64,000 bases of DNA from an uncultured Clostridia bacterium (GTDB lineage: Bacteria; Bacillota; Clostridia; Christensenellales; CAMQZB01), in assembly GCA_964541255.1 (NCBI GenBank), contig CAZIPL010000001.1, forward strand, positions 2,432 through 66,431, in the 5' to 3' direction. The notes beneath the pieces are model-generated. The model ran no database searches. It was given only the letters and a program-made list of their open reading frames with translations, and was not told the origin of the DNA. Position numbers and translations under genes: made by a program. This document shows, piece by piece, positions 19,413-26,690 of this stretch (within the stretch, counting starts at the first letter, position 1; each line of letters opens with the position of its first letter).

Positions 19413-20369
19413 ATGATGCTTCGTAACAGCGGAAAGGTCTTTGCGACCAACTTCCGCGTAACGTATAAATTGCTTTTATATAAATTCATCGTCGCGGTGC
19501 TTTTGGTTGCGATAGGAATAGCGATTTTTCTTCCCAACCTAACTCCCGTATGGGAGGATATGAAAGAGCTCGGCGTAATCGATATGACGAAAGAGGCGTT
19601 GAGTAATTTGTTCTCGCTTTCGACTCCTAACGACGAAATAAGAGCAACTCTTTCCGACGCGACGCAGCTTACGAACACCGTTCTTGCGGTGCATTCGGAT
19701 AATTTGATGAGAAGCTATATAGGAATAGCCGTCATAATATTTCTTTCGTACTTTTTGACGAGAATTTCCGACTATCCCACAGCCGTTCTCATTCACGGCT
19801 ATATGCAATATCAAGCGAAATTTTCTTTCTCGTCGGAGCTTATAGGAAAGTTCGTGTTATCCCTTAAATACGCATTGTTCTCTCTTTGCATATTGCTTCC
19901 CATCGATCTTGCAATAGCTTCCCTTTCGATGTTTATACTTTTGGGATTGGCGGGAACGCTTGCGATATTTGCTCCGATTCTCGCGTCGTTCGTGTTCTTT
20001 ATGCTTTTTGCATTGAGACTTTCTTTCTCGTCCGTTTGGCTTCCTTGCATGGTTGCGGAGGAGATTGGCCCCGTCAAAGCGTTCAAGGAAAGCTTGCCCG
20101 TTTTGGGCGATCGCTTCGGAAGCATATATTCCGAATGCTTGATAATCGTCATTATGTGTATGACGTTAACGGTTGCGGTGGGAGTTGCGACTCTCGGAGC
20201 CGCTTTGCCGCTACTTTTTGTAGCTTTCACGGTATTTTATTCGTCGTTTGGCTTCGTAGCTTACTTCGGAGTCAAAGGAAAGAGATATTACGTTGACTAT
20301 GAAACCATCGTAACGCCGAAAAAACTCAGAGATAAAGAGTTAAATTTCAAATACGATATGGGTGATTGA
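19413..20369 (+). CDS. Polytopic membrane protein of unknown function
   Basis: RBS aaaggag lies 8 nt upstream. 318 aa with several long hydrophobic helices. 13-nt gap to the upstream gene. Confidence 0.55.
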   Translation: MMLRNSGKVFATNFRVTYKLLLYKFIVAVLLVAIGIAIFLPNLTPVWEDMKELGVIDMTKEALSNLFSLSTPNDEIRATLSDATQLTNTVLAVHSDNLMRSYIGIAVIIFLSYFLTRISDYPTAVLIHGYMQYQAKFSFSSELIGKFVLSLKYALFSLCILLPIDLAIASLSMFILLGLAGTLAIFAPILASFVFFMLFALRLSFSSVWLPCMVAEEIGPVKAFKESLPVLGDRFGSIYSECLIIVIMCMTLTVAVGVATLGAALPLLFVAFTVFYSSFGFVAYFGVKGKRYYVDYETIVTPKKLRDKELNFKYDMGD

Positions 20370-20474
20370 TACCGAAACGATTTTCGAGGTGTTTATTATA
20401 TGAAGTAATAAACGCCTCTTTGTTCTCAAAAAGCGATTTTCGTTTAACGAAAGAGAAATAAATAGGACTTTATT

Positions 20475-21551
20475 ATGGATAGCGAAAATATATATAACAA
20501 AGAACAGACGGAAACAAAGCAATTCAAATGTCCGTCGTGCGGAAGCGACCTTGTGTTCGATCCCGAAACGCAAAAGCTCAAATGCCCTTATTGCGGAAAA
20601 GAGGTAGAGATAGAAGACGCTTGCAAAGTTTCCGAAAACAACTTTTTCGGAACGCTCGACGAATCGAGCTACAGCGACGACGTAGAAGTTTTCCGTTGCG
20701 ACAATTGCGGCGCGCTTTCGGAAAAGACCTCGTCGGACATAGCGACGGAATGCCCTTATTGTCATAAAACCGTGGTGACGGAAGAAAAGGAGATAAAGGG
20801 CATAAAGCCTCACGGCGTAGTGCCTTTCAAAATCGACAAGGAAAAGGCTTCGAAGAACGTAAAGAAATGGCTCAAAGGCAGATTCTATGCCAACGGCAAG
20901 ATGAAAAAAGCCGACTTTGATACTCTTTTGAAAGGCTATTACTATCCTTGCTGGACTTTCGACGCGAATACATATTCGACCTATAAAGGAAGAATAGGCA
21001 AGCACGTCACAAGAACTGTCGGAAGCGGCAAGAATAAGCATACCGTAACGGAGACTCGTTGGAGACATATAAGCGGCATGTACGAAGATTCTTTCGACGA
21101 CATAGTAATATATTCGGGCAAAGACTTAGAGGGCGGACAGCTTAATAAAGTCATGGGCTTCGATACCAACGGCGCGGAGAAATACGATAAGTCGTATTTA
21201 GCGGGCTTTTCGGCTTTCCACTATACGAAAGACTTCGATACTTCGTGGAATGAGGCAAAAGGGGAGATAGACCAAAGACTTAGAAACGCCATTTTGTCGC
21301 AGTATAGCTACGACGTAGTCGATTACCTCAACGTAAAAACCGCCTATACCGACACCAAGTATAAATACGTCTTGCTTCCGTTCTATATCGGCGGATATAC
21401 CTTCGGCGGAAAGAACTATAACGTCGTAGTCAACGGCGAAAACGGCAAAACGCGCGGCAAATTCCCCGTTTCGGTGCCGAAAGTCGTTATGACGGTGGTT
21501 TTGAGCCTACTTGCGATAGCGGGTATCGTATATTTGTTATACATAATGTAA
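20475..21551 (+). CDS. Double zinc-ribbon protein with conserved central domain and C-terminal TM anchor (unknown function)
   Basis: CPSCG..x..CPYCG and CDNCG..x..CPYCH ribbons, a central domain (GVVPFKIDKEKA..., YYYPCWTFD, VVVNGENGKTRGKFP) and a terminal helix VVMTVVLSLLAIAGIVYLLYI. Confidence 0.6.
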   Translation: MDSENIYNKEQTETKQFKCPSCGSDLVFDPETQKLKCPYCGKEVEIEDACKVSENNFFGTLDESSYSDDVEVFRCDNCGALSEKTSSDIATECPYCHKTVVTEEKEIKGIKPHGVVPFKIDKEKASKNVKKWLKGRFYANGKMKKADFDTLLKGYYYPCWTFDANTYSTYKGRIGKHVTRTVGSGKNKHTVTETRWRHISGMYEDSFDDIVIYSGKDLEGGQLNKVMGFDTNGAEKYDKSYLAGFSAFHYTKDFDTSWNEAKGEIDQRLRNAILSQYSYDVVDYLNVKTAYTDTKYKYVLLPFYIGGYTFGGKNYNVVVNGENGKTRGKFPVSVPKVVMTVVLSLLAIAGIVYLLYIM

Positions 21552-21689
21552 AGACGTTTTGCGAATACATTTTTTTCGCAACCACGGGAAATGTATTGCA
21601 AAAGACGATGATTTGTGTTAAAATGTAAAATAAGACAAAAGCGGAAAGCTTTTGCCTTGTAGATAGAAATAATTCAAAAGGAGATAACA

Positions 21690-24600
21690 ATGAAGAAATC
21701 TTTGAGAATTTTTGTCGCATTGGCTCTCGTTGCCGTATTGGCACTCGGGTGCTTCGCGGGCTGTGAGGCTAAGACCTTCGAACAAAAATACGGCATCACG
21801 ATAAGCGACAAGACTGTTACTTATGACGGCAATGCTTACGGCGTAGAAATCGACGTAAACACGGAAGTACTTAAAGACAGGGAGTATACCGTCGAGTATA
21901 AGTATTCGAAAGACGGACAAGAGTTAGAGGGAACCTCGTTCAAAGACGCGGGCGTATACGACGTAGTCGCATCCGTTCTCGTTGCGGGCGAAGATACCCC
22001 TACGGAGCTTAAAGCAAAGCTCACGATAAATAAAGCAAACGTTGAGGTTGAACTCGGCAATTTCTTCTTGCGTCAGGGACAAGGTCTTTCCTCGATAGGA
22101 AAAGCGTCTTTGTCTGACGATACGGTTAAGCTTCAGGGAACCGACAAGGTCAAAGACTTAGGTAAAGTTTCTTATGAAGTATATAACGGCACCGAAAAGG
22201 TAACAGATCTTTCCGCATTGAAGCCCACCGCAAAAGAAACCGACGCGTTGACGGTTGTCATGGCGTTTGAAAACGAACCGACGAACTATAACTTCACGTT
22301 CAAGAACGGAAAATTATACGTTCTTTCTTCCGCTGACTATTCCGTTGCGGAGAGACTCAAAAAAGAGATCGCCAACGTTCCTACGAGCGAAACGATCAAT
22401 ACCTTCACTTATGACCAAATGCAGTCTTTCGTCGATACGGCGGACGACATCGTTTCGACATACCCCGGAACTTCCGCTATACAGAGACTTATGTCGGGAA
22501 CGGTCAACGTAGAATCCATCTCGGGACTACTTAAGACCGCAAAAGAGCGTCTTTCGATGACCTATTCCGTTGACTTCGACCTCGACAGTTCGGTAGGCAA
22601 GGGATATATCATTGCGATAGAGCATACCGCAAACAATAGCAGAAGCAAAGACGATGACGACTTCCTTTCCGAACTCATGGGAACGAAGAACTCTTCGCTC
22701 ACCGACGTCGAATATAAAGACATCATCTGCTTCGCGATTTATATCAAAGATTCCACGCAATATAAGCTCAACAGCGTTACGGTAAGAGGAAAGTCTTTCA
22801 CGCCTACCACATGGTATAATGCCTCGAAGTATAATGAGGAGACAAATGATACGGTTGCTCTTCTCAAAGCAAAGACAGGAAAAACAACTCTTAGCGGCAA
22901 CGAAATGATTTATCTTTTCGGAAACCCCAGAACAAAAGAATCTGTATTAAATAACAGCAGTAGTCTTGATGATAAATATAAAGATAACAAGGATAACAAC
23001 GATAAAGACGATCAAGGTAAACCAATCAACTACAAGCATTGGTACGGTTCAAAGAACTACGGTGCGCTTTCCGGTTCTGTAATCAACGCTTCTGTACTCG
23101 GAGCATTGGACGGTTCCAACTCCATAACAATCATTCCTAACTACGTAAATCAATATAAGATTTCCGTAGGCGGTGAAGAAAGCAATACGTTCGTTGAGAA
23201 AATAACAGATACCACAAACACTTTTGCAGAAGTTCTTCCCAACGTACAAAAAGTTACGATCTCTTCTAAGGGTACCAACTACTTCAACGCAGGCACGCAG
23301 AGCGTTTCTACGTATATCTATCACGGCTTGATTCCTAACGGTTCCGTAGCTAAGATCACTATTCAGCCTAAGACCGGTTATGTTATCAGCGAAGTTGAAA
23401 TCGGCGATACGACGGTTTCGGCAGATAAGTTCACGAGCAACGGTTATGAATATTCTTACGAATTTACCGTAACGGAAGATATGGTCAACACCAAAGGCGA
23501 ACTTAATATCTACATCAAGCTCGTTGACAGCTATTCGTTGAAAGTTAAGATTAACAATCTCGAAGTAAAGAACTCTTCCAAGAACGGCGTATATACCGAT
23601 AAGAATAAAACGGGTACGATTAAGCTTACTGGCGACGCAATCGTTACGACCGACGTTCCTACACTTTTGGGCGAAAAGTCTTTGACTATCGAAGTAACTC
23701 CTTCTACGAACTATGTTCTTGAATCGCTTGTTCTTAAAGGTAAAAAGTATAATCCCGAATCAACTAATACAGATAAGCTTGACGATAAAACATATAATCT
23801 CTTAACTGATCCGCAATTTAGCTACGTAAACGGCAAAATCTCTATTGACCTTTCGGCTGAAACCGAAGAGCTTCTTTGCACAAAAGATGTAACAATTGAA
23901 GCAACGTTCAAGGAAGTATATCCCATCAAGGTGACTTCTTCGAGAAACGGCGAAGCTTTGGAGACCGCTACAAAGGCAGGTAATTCCTATACGACGAAGT
24001 ACGGCAAAGTAACCGTATACGACGTAGAGGACGAAGAGACCAATAACCTTTATAAGGGACAGCAATACTATATCGAAATCGAAAGCGCAACGGGTTATGT
24101 TCCGTCTAAGATCACTATCGGTGGAACGGTCTTTAACCTTTTGACTCAGGATGATAGTACGGTTGAATATAAGAGATACCAAGTAACTCAAGGCTCCGAT
24201 ATGTACGTTCTTTCGAAGAATGAAAATTCCTCGTCATATATAACTGAAAACGGTCTTGATAAGTTGAAGAGAGATGATACTGAAACTGGGAAGACAAGGT
24301 ATTACCTCATCTGCTCGCCCTCTAAGGTTGCTGCAGGAGAGAACTTCGTTATCGATATCGAATTTGACGCATATTATTACCTCGACCTTGACGTAAGCTA
24401 TGCTAACGGCACAGGAAACGAGGCAATCCTTGAAGCAACACTTCTTATTAAGGGAGTTGTAACAAGTAGCGGTCTTACTAATGATGAAAACACTATTACG
24501 AATCAAGATCCTATAGGTGGAGTTAAGTTTAGTTATCTCGAGTCTTCTGTTATTTATAAGGCAGAGGGAACGCTCTATGCATACTTCAACGATACATCGA

Positions 24601-24845
24601 AGAACAAGATTGGTTTGAAGATCGATCCTAAGAATAATTACACGCTCGAAGATCCTACGTGGCAATACGGAAAGAGCTCCAAAGAGACCAAGTCCAAGAT
24701 GTCGGTAGACAAGACTTACTTCGAAGCTCTCGACGATACGATGCTCGGCGGAACCACCCCCGAAAAGGCAACGATAAAGCCCGGTGATTCCATAACCGTT
24801 TCTTTCGATTGCGACCCCGTAAGAAAAAACACATCTGAGAACTAA
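21690..24845 (+). CDS. 1051-aa surface lipoprotein with N-terminal MBG-like domains and repeated beta-sandwich-like modules
   Basis: Strong RBS aaaggaga. Lipobox signal MKKSLRIFVALALVAVLALGCFAGC. MBG-like patterns VTYDGNAYGV...DAGVYDVVASV...LTINKA and TNYNFTFKNGKLYV. Low-complexity DDKYKDNKDNNDKDDQGKP. Confidence 0.6.
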   Translation: MKKSLRIFVALALVAVLALGCFAGCEAKTFEQKYGITISDKTVTYDGNAYGVEIDVNTEVLKDREYTVEYKYSKDGQELEGTSFKDAGVYDVVASVLVAGEDTPTELKAKLTINKANVEVELGNFFLRQGQGLSSIGKASLSDDTVKLQGTDKVKDLGKVSYEVYNGTEKVTDLSALKPTAKETDALTVVMAFENEPTNYNFTFKNGKLYVLSSADYSVAERLKKEIANVPTSETINTFTYDQMQSFVDTADDIVSTYPGTSAIQRLMSGTVNVESISGLLKTAKERLSMTYSVDFDLDSSVGKGYIIAIEHTANNSRSKDDDDFLSELMGTKNSSLTDVEYKDIICFAIYIKDSTQYKLNSVTVRGKSFTPTTWYNASKYNEETNDTVALLKAKTGKTTLSGNEMIYLFGNPRTKESVLNNSSSLDDKYKDNKDNNDKDDQGKPINYKHWYGSKNYGALSGSVINASVLGALDGSNSITIIPNYVNQYKISVGGEESNTFVEKITDTTNTFAEVLPNVQKVTISSKGTNYFNAGTQSVSTYIYHGLIPNGSVAKITIQPKTGYVISEVEIGDTTVSADKFTSNGYEYSYEFTVTEDMVNTKGELNIYIKLVDSYSLKVKINNLEVKNSSKNGVYTDKNKTGTIKLTGDAIVTTDVPTLLGEKSLTIEVTPSTNYVLESLVLKGKKYNPESTNTDKLDDKTYNLLTDPQFSYVNGKISIDLSAETEELLCTKDVTIEATFKEVYPIKVTSSRNGEALETATKAGNSYTTKYGKVTVYDVEDEETNNLYKGQQYYIEIESATGYVPSKITIGGTVFNLLTQDDSTVEYKRYQVTQGSDMYVLSKNENSSSYITENGLDKLKRDDTETGKTRYYLICSPSKVAAGENFVIDIEFDAYYYLDLDVSYANGTGNEAILEATLLIKGVVTSSGLTNDENTITNQDPIGGVKFSYLESSVIYKAEGTLYAYFNDTSKNKIGLKIDPKNNYTLEDPTWQYGKSSKETKSKMSVDKTYFEALDDTMLGGTTPEKATIKPGDSITVSFDCDPVRKNTSEN

Positions 24846-24876
24846 TTCTAAATAATCAAAAATTATCGAAAAAATA

Positions 24877-25245
24877 GTAATTGATAATTGACAAAGTAGT
24901 TGCAAATTGATAATCTTAATAGTTATTGATGATAAACTTAGTAGTTACTATTTGACAATCTAAGCAGTGAATAATTGACAATATAGCTACCAATTGACAA
25001 AGCAGTTATTGATTTATAATATACTTGCCAATTGACAACGTGGTTACTAATTGGATAATCTAAATAGTTATCAATTAACAATGTGGTTACTAATTGACAA
25101 TCAAAATGGTTATTGATTGGCAATGTAGTTGCCAATTAACAATGTAGGTAATAATTGATGATTAATATCGTTATTATTTGAACTTATGTCGTTATTGATT
25201 GATGATTATATTGTTAGTGATTAATAATTAATATTGTTAATTTCA
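24877..25245. repeat. Array of ~17-18 degenerate 19-24-bp tandem direct repeats built on ATTGACAAT-like cores (iteron-like)
   Basis: ATTGA-type cores start at 24880, 24887, 24906, 24925, 24951, 24974, 24993, 25009, 25031, 25050, 25074, 25093, 25112, 25135, 25154, 25173, 25195 and ~25217. There are five exact ATTGACAA copies. Higher-order 42-43-bp units: 25040-25082 versus 25083-25124 are ~80% identical. GC content looks markedly lower than in the flanking genes (by eye, not computed). Confidence 0.85.
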
Positions 25246-25246
25246 A

Positions 25247-25290
25247 ATACAACAAGAACCCAAGTATTCAAACTTGGGTTCTTGTTGTAT
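25247..25290. repeat. Perfect 19-bp inverted repeat (hairpin) with 6-nt loop
   Basis: atacaacaagaacccaagt attcaa acttgggttcttgttgtat. No clear U-tract on either strand. Confidence 0.9.
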
Positions 25291-25312
25291 TAAAAATGTT
25301 ATATCAAAAATC

Positions 25313-25505
25313 CTCGTAGGGCGGTGGCTCTGCTGCCGCCGAATGCAACCACCATACTCAAATGAACGTTGGTAAATTGTGGTAGGGCGGGGGTTCTACT
25401 CCCGCCGCATAATATTTTTTATACTCTCTACACGTCGTAGGGCGGGGTAAATTGTGGTAGGACGGAGCAAATTGTGGTAGGGCGGGGGTTCTTACTCCCG
25501 CCGAA
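25313..25505. repeat. Cluster of five GC-rich GTAGG[G/A]CGG units, three of them forming GGCGG...CCGCC hairpins (REP-like)
   Basis: Units: ctcgtagggcggtggctctgctgccgcc (25313), aaattgtggtagggcgggggttctactcccgcc (25374), cgtagggcgggg (25436), aaattgtggtaggacggagc (25449), aaattgtggtagggcgggggttcttactcccgcc (25469). Confidence 0.85.
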
Positions 25506-25509
25506 AAAA

Positions 25510-25559
25510 GGCTCCCATTGAAGGGAGCTGTCTGCGGAGCAGACTGAGGGATTGACAAA
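25510..25559 (+). repeat. Two-hairpin element with conserved GACTGAGGGATTGACAAA tail (copy A of a dispersed family)
   Basis: gctccc/gggagc and gtctgc/gcagac stems followed by TGAGGGATTGACAAA. Related copies at 32265-32320 and 54408-54463. Confidence 0.8.
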
Positions 25560-25724
25560 TGTATAAGCGCAAATCTCGTTCTTAGGCATAATTTTTATAT
25601 ATTTTTCACATAATATATCAAACGTAAATCCTCACATAAAAACGCAAATACCTGTTATGAATTATTTTCAAAAAAACGACAACGGACGAAAAAATGCGTC
25701 TTGACGATTCGTGATTTTGGTGTT

Positions 25725-25749
25725 AAACTCTAATTGTAGATTAGAGTTT
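25725..25749. promoter_or_regulatory. Perfect 10-bp inverted repeat (candidate operator) in the merR-family gene leader
   Basis: AAACTCTAAT tgtag ATTAGAGTTT lies just downstream of a TTGACG(25701)-17 bp-TAAACT(25724) promoter-like pair and 13 nt upstream of the start codon. Confidence 0.55.
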
Positions 25750-25761
25750 TAGGGGGATTTT

Positions 25762-26604
25762 ATGAAAGAAGAACTGTTGTCTATCGGGAAAATGGCGGAG
25801 ATAAACGGCGTAAGCATACCGACTTTGCGGCTATATGACAAAAACGGCTTGCTTGTGCCTGCGTATATCGACGAGGAGAGCGGTTATCGGTACTACACTT
25901 TGCAGCAAACGGCGCGGCTTGACATCATTGCGTATATGAAAGAGCTGGGTATGAGCTTAAGCGAGATAAGCCACATTCTCGAAAAGGAGGATATAACCCT
26001 TATCGAAGACATCTTAGCGCAGAAAAACGAGCAAATGCACGAACAGATGAGAAAGCTGAAAGAACGCCACGACGCCGTCGAACGCGCGATTGCGCAGATA
26101 GAGCGGTATCGCAAATCTCCGACGACGGGAACGACGTCTCTCGAATATATCGACAGGCGATATATCTGGTCGATACCGTGTCCCGTGAATTTTTACGAAA
26201 AGGACAGAAACAGCTACGAAGAAACGGTCATTGCGCTTAGAAAAGAGCTTTTGGCAAACGGTATTCCGCAAGTGCATAGCTATAACCTCGGTACGTCCAT
26301 TTCGCAAGAGCGTTTCGAAAACGGAGAGTTTGTTGCCGAAAACGTCTTTATCTTTTCGGATAAACATTTATTGGAGCATTCGGGAACGGTTATGCTTTTA
26401 GACAGCGGAATGTATGCGTGCATATATCTTGACAATTACGACGACGAGATAAAGTACGGCAAGCAGCTCTTGGAGTTTTGTCGCAAGAACGGATATAAAA
26501 TCTGCGGTGATTACATATGCGAAGAGCTTACGGAGTTTCATATATTCGACAGCACGAAGCGCAATATGTTTTTGAGATTGCAAGTTCCGATAAAGTTTTC
26601 ATAA
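25762..26604 (+). CDS. MerR-family transcriptional regulator with C-terminal GyrI-like effector-binding domain (BmrR/TipA-like architecture)
   Basis: N-terminus IGKMAEINGVSIPTLRLYDKNGLLVPAYIDEESGYRYYTLQQ, a coiled-coil linker, and a ~150-aa C-terminal domain. Confidence 0.8.
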   Translation: MKEELLSIGKMAEINGVSIPTLRLYDKNGLLVPAYIDEESGYRYYTLQQTARLDIIAYMKELGMSLSEISHILEKEDITLIEDILAQKNEQMHEQMRKLKERHDAVERAIAQIERYRKSPTTGTTSLEYIDRRYIWSIPCPVNFYEKDRNSYEETVIALRKELLANGIPQVHSYNLGTSISQERFENGEFVAENVFIFSDKHLLEHSGTVMLLDSGMYACIYLDNYDDEIKYGKQLLEFCRKNGYKICGDYICEELTEFHIFDSTKRNMFLRLQVPIKFS

Positions 26605-26625
26605 GTAAAATTTTTATTTTGGGTA

Positions 26626-26656
26626 TTGACTCTAACGTAAGTTGAGGGTTTATACT
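26626..26656 (+). promoter_or_regulatory. MerR-type promoter with 19-bp spacer and imperfect dyad
   Basis: TTGACT (26626-31), a 19-bp spacer, then TATACT (26651-56). The spacer contains ACTCTAAC gtaa GTTGAG, and its left half-site ACTCTAA is identical to the half-site of the 25725-25749 palindrome. Confidence 0.6.
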
Positions 26657-26690
26657 AATTATACAAATTGATTTTCAAGGAGGAAAAATC

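Noticed and set aside
20340-21068. 242-aa antisense ORF overlapping the zinc-ribbon gene, and similar long antisense ORFs (4996-5649, 24234-24905, 26655-27269, 28930-29661, 30813-31466, 44017-44721, 54886-55770)
   Set aside because: Each lies fully inside a sense-strand gene with clear family motifs. They lack RBSs and have odd R/F/C/Y-rich compositions typical of antisense frames.
24938-25135. 65-aa minus-strand ORF running through the repeat array
   Set aside because: The open frame is a by-product of the ~21-nt (7-codon) periodicity. There is no RBS and the pseudo-heptad sequence is of low complexity.
24877-25245. CRISPR array interpretation of the tandem repeats
   Set aside because: The units are contiguous and degenerate, with no unique spacers between conserved repeats. 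The unit length (~19-24 bp) and the very low GC do not fit CRISPR repeats, and there are no cas genes in the window.
25358-25558. 66-aa minus-strand ORF (MSIPQSAPQTAPFNGSLF...)
   Set aside because: It is composed entirely of the GC-rich hairpin repeats read in one frame, has no RBS, and its sequence follows the repeat boundaries.
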